A DNA stretch of 64,000 nucleotides, taken from positions 4,672,001 through 4,736,000 of the forward strand of contig OZ244999.1 of the NCBI GenBank assembly GCA_965223265.1. The letters run 5' to 3'. The translations under genes were made by a program, and so were the position numbers. Source of the DNA: Planctomycetota bacterium. GTDB lineage: Bacteria > Planctomycetota > UBA8108 > SXIK01. Shown piece by piece: positions 49,932 to 59,204 of this stretch. Positions within the stretch are counted from its first letter, which is position 1; the number at the start of each line of letters is the position of its first letter. The notes beneath the pieces are model-generated. The model was given only the letters and a program-made list of their open reading frames with translations. It ran no database searches and had not been told where the DNA came from.

Positions 49932-50912
49932 ATGAACGCAATCACAACGCGAGACCTCACCAGAGTTTTTAAGAATCGCAATCATCGAGACGGCATCGTC
50001 GCGCTCGACAGCGTAACGCTGGACATCCCGCAAGGGGAGGTACGTGGGCTCCTCGGTCCCAACGGCGCGGGCAAAACGACTCTGGTGAAAATCCTCTCGA
50101 CACTCTTGACTCCAACTACGGGCTTCGCTTCGGTCCTGGGTCGCGATGTCGAGCGCCAGCCGAAGGCGGTCCGACCGCTGATTGGCATCGTGCTCGGCGG
50201 AGAACGCGGGCTCTACTGGAACCTTACCGGGCGGCAAAACCTGGAATATTGGGCGGCTCTCTACAACGTCCCGCTGCGAGAGACACACAGCCGCATCGCC
50301 GCGCTCCTAGACCGCGTTGGCCTTCTCGACCGCGCCGACGATCTCGTCGAAACCTTCTCCCGCGGCATGAAACAGAAGCTGCACCTGGCGAGGGGGCTGA
50401 TCGGCGACGCGCCGGTCCTCTTTCTCGATGAGCCGACCACAGGAATGGACCCGGTCGCGGCGCGCGACTTTAGGAATCTGGTGCGGGAACTGCGGTCGGA
50501 GGGACGGACGATCCTACTGGCGACCCATGACATGGCGGAGGCCGAAAGCATTTGCGACCGAGTGACACTGATCGATCACGGAAAAGTGCTGGCGGAGGAG
50601 ACGCCACAATCTCTCGCCGCGATGATCGCGAAGTTCGAACGCATCGACTTCGAATGGGAGGAGCCGGAACTCATGGACCGCCTCCGCCGCCAACCGGGCG
50701 TCGCTTCCGCGTCCCGCCTCGAAGCGCGCAACACTTTTCGAGTCGAGCTCTCCGAGGAAACGGCGGCGGAGGCGGTTCTCAGAATCTTGGTCGAGGCCGG
50801 AGTCACGTCAATCCGCACGTCGCGCCCAAGCTTGGATGAAGTCTACTTGCATCTAATGGGTGGATTGAAAACTGAGGACGGCGGTCAGGAGCGCCGAGAG
50901 TCCACCCCATAG
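49932..50912 (+). CDS. ABC exporter ATP-binding protein (DrrA-like)
   Basis: Walker A GPNGAGKTT, signature FSRGMKQK, Walker B LFLDEPTTGMDP, H-loop THDM, C-terminal PSLDEVYL. Confidence 0.93.
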   Translation: MNAITTRDLTRVFKNRNHRDGIVALDSVTLDIPQGEVRGLLGPNGAGKTTLVKILSTLLTPTTGFASVLGRDVERQPKAVRPLIGIVLGGERGLYWNLTGRQNLEYWAALYNVPLRETHSRIAALLDRVGLLDRADDLVETFSRGMKQKLHLARGLIGDAPVLFLDEPTTGMDPVAARDFRNLVRELRSEGRTILLATHDMAEAESICDRVTLIDHGKVLAEETPQSLAAMIAKFERIDFEWEEPELMDRLRRQPGVASASRLEARNTFRVELSEETAAEAVLRILVEAGVTSIRTSRPSLDEVYLHLMGGLKTEDGGQERRESTP

Positions 50913-51101
50913 GCCGCCACGAACGCACGTCTCGTCAACCTAACAGCCCGCCGCGGCGTCAGCAATCAGCCGGTGCTCGATCATGTCACAGTTCGCCACG
51001 AATGGAATCCGCTTGAATCGTTCGCTGTGACCAGGGACCATTCCCTCACGACTCGCGATGCCGCGAGTCGCGGCATCCATCGTGGGGTGGGCCCTGTCTC
51101 A

Positions 51102-53672
51102 ATGGTACAGCACGCACGATCCATCGTCCTCGTCAGCGTGGCGCTGACACTCGCTGTGATTGCACTCGGATGGCGCCCGCTCCGCGACGCGGCGCGGGAG
51201 TACTGGTATATCCACAAACTCGCGGCCGACGACTCGTCTGAGCGCCACCGAGCCATCGATAAGTTACGCCGGCTGGACTCCGTACGCGCCGTGCCACGGT
51301 GGATCGAAATGGCGGCAACGAACCTTCGTGCTCCGCGAGACGGGGACGATGAACTGGGCTGGGCGGCGTGGGAAGCCATGCGGCAGTTGACACGCACTCG
51401 CCCACGATCTGCTGCAGCAGCGTTCGCGCGCTGCATGCAGGACAAGGACCATACGGTACGTCAAGTGAGTGTCGAGTTTCTCGGCGCCCTCGGCGACACG
51501 CACGCTGCAGTCTTCCCGGTCCTGGAAAACGCTTTGTACGACTTGGATCCAGGCGTTCGCGCGCTCGCTGCGGCAGGAGTGCGAACGCTGCCAGAAAGCG
51601 TTCGAGAAGCGACGATTGAGCGCCTCTCCGAGCTGCTCCGCGATCCACACAATACCGTGCCTCTCGAGGCCGCGCGAGCCCTCGCGAACGCCGGCGCAAA
51701 GGCACAGTCGGCGACGTTGGCTCTTACCGACGCGCTCACCGACGCGCGCGATCGCGTCCGTGGACACGCGGCCGAAGCGCTCGTCTCGATCTATCTCGCC
51801 GTCAAGAGAGATCGACCGATCGATGAGGTCACGAGCTTTCGTACGCTCCTCGTCGATCGGCTCGTTTCGCTTCTGGGCTCTCTCGTACCGCGAACCCGAC
51901 GCGCTGCGGTTTACACTCTTGGCCGACTGGGCCCAGACGCGCGCACGGCCCTGCCGCAGGTGTTGGCACGGCTCGACGACGACAGTCCTATCGTGCGCGG
52001 ACCCGCAGCCCGCACGGTCAGCTCTCTGCTTGAAGGTAGCAGCCAAGTTGATGCGTTCGTTCTCACGGCCCTGAAACGCCTCGCGCTGAGTATCGACGCG
52101 GATCGCGAGGTATCTCGGCAAGCCGCCCGTAGCTTCGCGCGACTGATCGCTCGAACCGACAATCCCGATGCGGAGCTGAACGATCTCTTGAACTCCTGGG
52201 GTGAACTCGACGATGACCAAGTTCGCTTCCTTCTTTGCAGCGCGATCGACTCTCTGTTGCGCCTGGCACGCAGCGGCTCAACACGCTCGACAGATCCAGC
52301 GGGAGCGACCAGGCGCACAGTGGAGGCGCTCGCCGCAGCTCTCCACGAACGTGGTGGCGCTCACGCTACCCGCCGACGGCGCCGAGCTCCGTCGGGTCGC
52401 GGCTCGCTCCTGTGGGCTTGCGTTTGGCTTTTAGATGGCCTGGGTGCAGCCTCCACCGATGCTGGTGCAGCCTCCACCGATGCTGCCGTGACCGTTCGGT
52501 CGATCGCGCTGAAACACAGCTCATCGAGCATCCGCATCATCGCAGCCTGGCTTCTCGGCAAATCGGCAGGCACTCCAGAATCGGCCGCCGCTCTCACGTC
52601 ACTGCGAGAGGTGCTGCGAAGCGATCGCAGCTCACACGTACGGGCACGTGCTGCTGAGGCACTCGCGCGGCTCGCCCCGTCGGCAGTCGACGATGAGATG
52701 CTCGCGCCCTTGAGAAGAACAACTTTTCACGCCTCAATTTCGAACGCCGACCCCGGGCGACGCGAAGGCAGCGCCGAAAACTACCCGATCGACGCGGTGA
52801 AGCTACCTCCCGGATTCGCGGCGACGATTTTCTATAGCGGGATCCCAAGCCCGGACGGAGTCGCAGTGCGCGATGACAATACACTCTTCGTCGTCAACGA
52901 GAGTGACCCGACGGGAGTCTTCGTCGCCAGGCGAGGCGATTCGTTCGATCCAGCCGACGCGTTCTCGGCGATCGGCCCTCCGTTCGTCAGTCCCGACGAC
53001 ATTTTCCTTGCAGCCGACGGCACGATTTTCGTCTCCGATATCCAAGCACGCGTCGTCTTCACGCTCCCACGCTGGGGTGGGCAGCCGCTGCATTTTGCCG
53101 CGGTCGGCGCGGCATTTGCGCCGCACGGTATGGTCGAAGCGCCGTTAACGTTCCGCGGTTCGCGGGTTCGTCCTGGCGATCTCATCGTTGCAGATAACGG
53201 CTATGGTCAACCAGAAAGGTGGGCAGTGTGGGCGCTCGGCAGTTCATCGCCACGCGCGATCGCGCAAGGCCGGGTGTTTGTCGACCACGGCCCGTCGCAG
53301 GTCGCGTTCACGCCCACGCGCGAACTCATGGTGTATCAAAATCGCGATGCAGCCACAACGCGCATCGTAAAACTCGCGAGCGACGGCACGGTGACGCCGC
53401 TTGTCGTCGGCATTCGGGACCGCGGTGGCATGGACGTTCACCCCGTCACCGGCGACGTCTATTTTGGTCTACAAGAAAAGGAACGCGAAATCTGGTGGGC
53501 GCCGCCTGCGGGCGGTACAGGCACGGTTTTCGCCATCGGTTTCGACGACCGCATCCAAGATCTCCACTTTCGACGCGACGGCCGCGCGCTTTACGTCAGT
53601 GTGAGAAACCGGATCCTGGAAATCACCGGACCATTCGAACGTCACACGCCGCAGCCACGCCCGCGGCGGTAG
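51102..53672 (+). CDS. membrane-anchored HEAT-repeat protein fused to a beta-propeller (NHL/SMP-30-like)
   Basis: N-terminal TM helix and repeated L..L.D....VR..AA.AL HEAT units. C-terminal SPDGVAV..D.TLFV, PDDI....DGTIFVSD and DL.F..DG..LYVS blades. 21-bp in-frame duplication at 52443-52484. Confidence 0.75.
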   Translation: MVQHARSIVLVSVALTLAVIALGWRPLRDAAREYWYIHKLAADDSSERHRAIDKLRRLDSVRAVPRWIEMAATNLRAPRDGDDELGWAAWEAMRQLTRTRPRSAAAAFARCMQDKDHTVRQVSVEFLGALGDTHAAVFPVLENALYDLDPGVRALAAAGVRTLPESVREATIERLSELLRDPHNTVPLEAARALANAGAKAQSATLALTDALTDARDRVRGHAAEALVSIYLAVKRDRPIDEVTSFRTLLVDRLVSLLGSLVPRTRRAAVYTLGRLGPDARTALPQVLARLDDDSPIVRGPAARTVSSLLEGSSQVDAFVLTALKRLALSIDADREVSRQAARSFARLIARTDNPDAELNDLLNSWGELDDDQVRFLLCSAIDSLLRLARSGSTRSTDPAGATRRTVEALAAALHERGGAHATRRRRRAPSGRGSLLWACVWLLDGLGAASTDAGAASTDAAVTVRSIALKHSSSSIRIIAAWLLGKSAGTPESAAALTSLREVLRSDRSSHVRARAAEALARLAPSAVDDEMLAPLRRTTFHASISNADPGRREGSAENYPIDAVKLPPGFAATIFYSGIPSPDGVAVRDDNTLFVVNESDPTGVFVARRGDSFDPADAFSAIGPPFVSPDDIFLAADGTIFVSDIQARVVFTLPRWGGQPLHFAAVGAAFAPHGMVEAPLTFRGSRVRPGDLIVADNGYGQPERWAVWALGSSSPRAIAQGRVFVDHGPSQVAFTPTRELMVYQNRDAATTRIVKLASDGTVTPLVVGIRDRGGMDVHPVTGDVYFGLQEKEREIWWAPPAGGTGTVFAIGFDDRIQDLHFRRDGRALYVSVRNRILEITGPFERHTPQPRPRR

Positions 53673-53836
53673 ACTCCGCCCCCGCGCACTCGCCGAAGTG
53701 GACGCCTTTTGATCGTTCCCACCGTTGCGAATGGACCCGAACCGTCATAGAATGTCCTCCAGATCACTGTAGGGCGTCTCGCGGCCGAAAACGCCGTCGA
53801 GAATCGAGAGCGCGAAAAGCGTGGCGACCCTCGGCA

Positions 53837-53879
53837 CCATCTCGGGATGACCATCTCCGGATGACATCCTCCGGATGAC
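53837..53879. repeat. three tandem ~14-bp quasi-palindromic repeats upstream of the candidate selenoprotein
   Basis: CCATCTCGGGATGA CCATCTCCGGATGA CATCCTCCGGATGA. Confidence 0.6.
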
Positions 53880-53916
53880 TTGGAGTCGCGGACGCGCAGT
53901 TTGGGAGATCGAAGCC

Positions 53917-54888
53917 ATGAGACGGATTCGCTTCGGAGCGGGTTTCTTGGCCGCTGGCGTTGTTGGATGGGGTCTTTGGGTGTTGAGCCTCGGCGCGCTT
54001 GGGACGTCGGCGGCCAACGCCGACCAGAGAAAGGACGTGCCCGCACCGGCGTCGATTCTGGCGCAGGCCTACAAGAATTTGGTCAAGTCAGGGTCGTACG
54101 AAACAACCATCGCAATCACCGGCGGGGTGACGAAGCGCGACGACCATAAGGTGACGCACCCGACGGTACGACAGAATTACGAAGCGGCGGTGGTCACCTC
54201 GCCACGTCGACCGATCATGAAGGTCACACGGCCGCGGGCGTACCGCACACCCTCCGGCGGCGCGATCGAATCGGCCGGGATCTGGCGCAACATTCATTCC
54301 GACCGGCAGGGGAAGCGCATGGATCGACTGTTCGCGTTTCCTGAAACCGTGCTCGCTCGAGCACTGAAGCACAAGAGGGCTGCTGAGTGGGTCGAACGTT
54401 CTAAGAAAAAGAAGAAGGGCGCGAAGCGATCCAAGGGGAAAAAAGACGAGAAGCTCTCGAGCGATGCGAAGACCAAGAAGAAAGGCAAAACGTCGGTGGC
54501 CAAAGGCCGCGACGCTGAGAAGCCGCCGCTCCCCGGCTACATACGCGTCAATGCGCCGACCAAGGAAGCTCTGCAGCACTTCATTGAGGTCGAGAATTCC
54601 GGCTGCTTCGGTGGCGGCTGAGGTATCTCCAGATTCTTGTCCCGTGTGGACAAGACGATCGCCAACGCCTACTACGAGTTTCTCATCGACGACGAAACTT
54701 TGCTCCCGAAGCGCATCCGCGTCACTGTCCTGACAGGGAGAAAAGGCGGTACGGAAAAAGAAGGCAAGAAGATCGTCGGCGGCGAGCACGTGGTCTTTCA
54801 GTTCTCGTACGCGCTGAAGAAGTTCGGCAAGGTTGAAAGGCCAGAGATCCCGGCACCTGCAAAAAAGCTCCTGGCGAAAGCGAAGTAG
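53917..54888 (+). CDS. candidate secreted selenoprotein (323 aa, LolA/LppX-like fold; UGA at 54619-21 read as Sec)
   Basis: Track ORFs 53875-54621 and 54637-54888 are in one frame, separated only by TGA. Context ENSGCFGGG-(UGA)-GISRF, SECIS-like hairpin downstream, signal peptide ending AANA. Confidence 0.7.
54622..54660 (+). promoter_or_regulatory. putative bacterial SECIS element
   Basis: 8-bp stem TCTTGTCC/GGACAAGA (54635-55) with loop CGTGT (G at position 2 followed by U) starting 21 nt after the UGA. Extendable by GAT/ATC. Confidence 0.65.
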
Positions 54889-54933
54889 GTACTCCCTTTA
54901 GCCCGTCGCCGGATCGTCAGCGACGCATCGAAG

Positions 54934-54963
54934 CATGACATGGCAAATCATGACATGGCAAAT
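54934..54963. repeat. perfect 15-bp tandem duplication
   Basis: CATGACATGGCAAAT x2. Confidence 0.7.
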
Positions 54964-55282
54964 CGCTGCGACGCGACGATGATGATGTTGTTGTTGAGCG
55001 CTCGCCGTTCTGGCGACGACGCGCAGACGCCGCGACGCGAAGGGCCCGCGGCTGCAGAAGATCGTCAGCGACGATGGGCGATCTGACATCTGCGCGGCGG
55101 CAGCCTCAGCCATCGCCGCGCCGCGCCCCAGAGGACGACGACCTCGCGCGCCGGCAACGTCCCAGCAGCCGCACACCCTCGACGTCCCTTGAGAGGCTTG
55201 CAGCGATTGCTTCGAGTTTCACGATGCGCGTCGAGTCTGCCGGACGACCTACGAGATCGGGAACCGAAACTCATAGAGTCAG

Positions 55283-55310
55283 TTGTCCGCAGCCGGCTCG
55301 GTGCTAAGAT
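55283..55310 (+). promoter_or_regulatory. putative promoter of the CotH gene
   Basis: TTGTCC-16 bp-TAAGAT with extended -10 TGc. Confidence 0.4.
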
Positions 55311-55401
55311 ACTGAAATCAGATATAGAGACAGCGAGCTCAGCAGTGCTGCGGCGGCGCAGGCCGTAGCAACGGCGTGCGCAAGAACCCGCGGGCGGAAG
55401 A

Positions 55402-58350
55402 TTGATGGCGACGACTGGGACTGCACGAGGATCGCTCTGCTACTGCAGCGGCGTTGTAGTCAATACCGCGACAGCTTTTCTTGGGCTCGCGCTCGCTGCA
55501 GCGCCGGCGCTCGCCGCCGAGAGTGACCTGGTCATCTCCGAGCTCATGGCTGCGAATCGCTCGACGCTCCGCGATGCCGACGGCGACAGCCCCGACTGGT
55601 TTGAAATCCACAACCGCGGGGAAAAGTCTGTGCTCACGACCCTGTACGTCACGGACGACCCCGCCGTGCCAGCCAAATGGAAGCTCCCGCCGACACGGCT
55701 CGGCCGCGGGGAGTACCTCGTGGTCTTCGCCTCCGGAAAAGACCGCCGCGACGGCGACGAGTTCCACACGAACTTCCGTCTGCGTCGAAGCGGCGAATAC
55801 CTAGCGCTCGTGGCGGCCGACCGCACGACGGTGATCTCAGAATACAAGACTTTCCCGGCGCTCCCAGATGGCGTCTCCTACGGTCTCGATCGAAAACTAC
55901 GTCTGCGGGCGTTTCAGCGCCCGACGCCAGGAACTCGCAACGAGAACGGCATTGAGGTCGCCGCGACACCGGTTTTGACTCCAACTGGCACGCTATTCGG
56001 CTCCAAGGTCACCGTGCGCCAGATAACCGAAGCCGCGGAAACGACGTTTCGTTACACGACCGGCGGAAACGAGCCGACCCGAGGGTCACGCGTCTTTCCT
56101 GAAAAACTCGTTCTCAACTCGAGCACTCTTCTGCTCGTCAAAGGATTCCGCAAAGGAGCGCTCCCCAGCCAGACGGTGACGCGCGGCTTCATCGGCATCG
56201 ATCGCAGCCTCGCCAAAGTGAATTCGAACGTGCCGCTGATCCTGATCGACACGTTCGGGAAGCCCTTAGCCGGCAAACGGCGACAACGATTTCGGGTGCT
56301 CGAGTATCAGCCCGCGATGATGGCAGTGTTCGAACCAACCACGAAGACGGCGCGCGACGGTGACGATCGAAAGGGCAAGAACAAGGGCAAAGAAGAAAGC
56401 AAAGGCAAAGGCAAAAAACCCAAGAGGTCCACCGCTCGACTTACCCCAGGCTTGGCCGCCGACGCGTTCTCGCAGATCGCCATGAGGGTGCGCGGTGCGA
56501 GCACGGCGATCCGCAGCAAAGTGCCGAAGCGTTCATACCGAGTGGAACTGCGTCGCCCCGACGGGAGCGACCGCAAGTTGTCTCTGCTCGGCATGCCGAA
56601 GGATTCAGACTGGATCCTCTACGGCTCGCATCTTTGGGATCGCTCCCTGGTGCGCATGCCGTTTGCCTACAAGCTCAGCCGTCAGATCGGCCGCTATGCG
56701 GCCCGCACGCGGCACTGCGAAGTCTTTCTCAACCAGGACGGTGGACGCATCTCACGCGATGACTTCGTTGGCTACTACACGCTCATGGAAACGATCAAGC
56801 GCGGCAGAAAACGAGTCGACATCGAGCGCACGACAGAGTCCGACACACGCGGCGCAGGCCTTGCCGGCGGGTATCTGTTCAAGCTCGACCACATTCGCCC
56901 TCACGAGGAGCACTTCTCGGCAGGCGGCATGACGTTCTCCCACGTCTACCCAAAACGCGACAACCTCACGGCGGCACATCGCGAGTGGATTCAAAGTTAC
57001 GTCGACGGCTTCGCCAAGGCTCTGTACGGCCGCGCCTTTCGCGACGCGGGTAGGGGCTACGCCAAGTACATCGATGTCGATTCCTGGATCGATCACCACA
57101 TGTTGAACGTCCTGACCATGAACGTCGATGGCCTGCGCTTGAGTACGTATCTGTTCAAAGAGCGCTTCGGACGTCTCGCGATGGGACCGATTTGGGACCT
57201 TGATCGCACCATCGATTCGACCGACAAGCGGGATGACGATCCGATCGGCTGGAAGGGCGCGAACGACGCCACGGACTACTTCGCCTACGGCTGGTGGAAG
57301 CGTCTTTTCGAAGACCCCGACTTCATGCAGCGCTGGATCGACCGGTGGGCAGAGCTCCGCGAGGAGCAGTTCTCTGTCAAAAACATGCACGACATCCTCG
57401 ACCGTGCGGCGGACAAGCTCACGGTCGTGGCGCGGCGCAACTTCAAAAAGTATCCGACAATCGAGCCTTCGGGGGGCTGGAAGACGGAGATCGAGCGCAT
57501 GAAGGAGTGGCTGGAGGAACGCGTCGGGTGGATCGACCGGCAGTTTCCGGAGCCACCACGGTTCGGTCGCAAAGGCGGACAGATTGAGCCGGGGTTCAAG
57601 CTCGAGATGCGAGCCAAAGGCGGCAGGATTCTCTACACGCGCGACGGGTCTGATCCAAGGCAGCCCGGCGGCGGGCGCGCGAAGAGAGCAAAGGTGCTGC
57701 GTTCAGGAAAGACGATCACACTCCGGAAAAACACCAAAGTGACCGCGCGGACCTTGCAGGCATCGGGCAAGTGGAGTCCGCCACGGAGCGCAACGTTCAT
57801 AGTCTCTCCCTTGCCCGTTGTCATCACAGAGATCATGTTTCACCCCACCGCCAGAAACAGTACGGCGAACGCCGGTCCCGCCGCGAGTGCCGACGAGTTC
57901 GAGTTCGTTGAGCTGTTCAACCGCGGCACTGAGACGGTGAACCTCGCGGGCGTACGGTTTCAAAAAGGCATCGAGTTTAAGTTCCCAAAGGGAAAGAAGT
58001 CGTCACTTGAAGCCGGCGAATACGTCGTCATCGTCGGCAGTCTGGCCGCGTTCAAAAGACGCTACGGAACGCGTGGAGTTCGCATCGCCGGCGAATACCG
58101 CGGTCAGTTGAGCAACGCGGGCGAGACGCTGGAGCTCGTCGGGCCGCTGGACGAGACGATCCAGAAGCTCCGCTACCACGACGACTGGTACGAGGAAGCT
58201 GACGGCAGCGGCCGCGCGCTGACGATCCGCGACCCCCACGGTCCGCTGGAGAGCTGGAAGAAACCGGCAAGCTGGCGCGCCGCGGAGGCTTCGCCCGGGC
58301 GGGCGGCGGTCCCAAGCGAGGAGGAAGCTGCAGACGGGGCAGAGTCATGA
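55402..58350 (+). CDS. secreted CotH-family kinase with lamin-tail domains and chitobiase/Fn3-associated modules
   Basis: LVISELMA.N..L.D.DG..PDW.EIHN (LTD), RVRG.ST...PKRSY.VE, LLGMP.DSDWIL, Y.LME.IK, NVDG...S.Y..K, GPIWDLD, YT.DGSDPR and a second LTD VITEIMFHP. Exact start uncertain. Confidence 0.88.
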   Translation: MMATTGTARGSLCYCSGVVVNTATAFLGLALAAAPALAAESDLVISELMAANRSTLRDADGDSPDWFEIHNRGEKSVLTTLYVTDDPAVPAKWKLPPTRLGRGEYLVVFASGKDRRDGDEFHTNFRLRRSGEYLALVAADRTTVISEYKTFPALPDGVSYGLDRKLRLRAFQRPTPGTRNENGIEVAATPVLTPTGTLFGSKVTVRQITEAAETTFRYTTGGNEPTRGSRVFPEKLVLNSSTLLLVKGFRKGALPSQTVTRGFIGIDRSLAKVNSNVPLILIDTFGKPLAGKRRQRFRVLEYQPAMMAVFEPTTKTARDGDDRKGKNKGKEESKGKGKKPKRSTARLTPGLAADAFSQIAMRVRGASTAIRSKVPKRSYRVELRRPDGSDRKLSLLGMPKDSDWILYGSHLWDRSLVRMPFAYKLSRQIGRYAARTRHCEVFLNQDGGRISRDDFVGYYTLMETIKRGRKRVDIERTTESDTRGAGLAGGYLFKLDHIRPHEEHFSAGGMTFSHVYPKRDNLTAAHREWIQSYVDGFAKALYGRAFRDAGRGYAKYIDVDSWIDHHMLNVLTMNVDGLRLSTYLFKERFGRLAMGPIWDLDRTIDSTDKRDDDPIGWKGANDATDYFAYGWWKRLFEDPDFMQRWIDRWAELREEQFSVKNMHDILDRAADKLTVVARRNFKKYPTIEPSGGWKTEIERMKEWLEERVGWIDRQFPEPPRFGRKGGQIEPGFKLEMRAKGGRILYTRDGSDPRQPGGGRAKRAKVLRSGKTITLRKNTKVTARTLQASGKWSPPRSATFIVSPLPVVITEIMFHPTARNSTANAGPAASADEFEFVELFNRGTETVNLAGVRFQKGIEFKFPKGKKSSLEAGEYVVIVGSLAAFKRRYGTRGVRIAGEYRGQLSNAGETLELVGPLDETIQKLRYHDDWYEEADGSGRALTIRDPHGPLESWKKPASWRAAEASPGRAAVPSEEEAADGAES

Positions 58351-58425
58351 CGAGGACGTTGAGCGGTCTCGGGCAAGGATCGGGATTGCGTCAGCCTCCA
58401 TCCGACTGGCAGCAGCGAACCGGTG

Positions 58426-58944
58426 TCATTTGGCGTTCGATTCCTCGAGGAAGGAGAGAAACGCACTCTCGTCGTGAATCCAGAGTGTCTGTGCGTCAAG
58501 AATCACAAGAAGCGGAAACTCTTTCTTCATGTGCTTGTAGAGATCGAGCACGTCGTACCAAGACCCCGTCATGTCGAGTTTGATGCCAAGAAGCGCGTGG
58601 CGCCGGGTTTCGGCCGACACCAGCTCGTCGAGTTGGTCCACCGAAAGAGAGCCCGCGCCGAACTCCTGCGCCCAAGTGGTGATTTTCTCCATTGAGTCGG
58701 CGGAGTGGTCGTGCACTGGATCCACGTCGAAGCCGGAGCCTGGAAACTTGATCCCGTCGCATCTCCAGTAGGATCCGTTCCGTCGCATCTCGGGGAATAT
58801 AGCCAGGTGAGCCCAGAATCGGTCTGGATCATCGACCTCGACCGAGGCAAGCAGCGGCTCGTCACCAAAGAGCCCCTCCGCATTCACTGGAAACGCACTG
58901 CCCGCAGGAACAGTGATCTGCTGAATACAAAAGTCGTAGCCCAT
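58426..58944 (-). CDS. hypothetical protein (172 aa)
   Basis: ATG with GGAG RBS, plausible codon usage, fills the gap between the CotH genes. No family recognised. Confidence 0.6.
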   Translation of the reverse strand: MGYDFCIQQITVPAGSAFPVNAEGLFGDEPLLASVEVDDPDRFWAHLAIFPEMRRNGSYWRCDGIKFPGSGFDVDPVHDHSADSMEKITTWAQEFGAGSLSVDQLDELVSAETRRHALLGIKLDMTGSWYDVLDLYKHMKKEFPLLVILDAQTLWIHDESAFLSFLEESNAK

Positions 58945-59204
58945 GGTGTCCTCCGATTGAGCCTATAGGTCCGCAGATCAATCCCGGTCCGCCCATCGGA
59001 ACGCAACATACGAATCCGACGATCTGCGCCTGAACCTGTCACTACCGGTGCACAGAATATCCAAGATTTCGAGTGTCGACGAAACCCGATGCAAGAGAGC
59101 GCCCCTTGCTACCTAGTCGCTGGAGTGAAAATGCAGGACGCTCAGGGAGACGCGCGAACCGTTTAGTGGCCGCCTCGAAGTGTGACCTACCGATGCGTGC
59201 CAGG

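Noticed and set aside
50940-50950. CTAACAGCCCG resembling a MITE end
   Set aside because: Only 11 bp match with no partner TIR; it could be chance.
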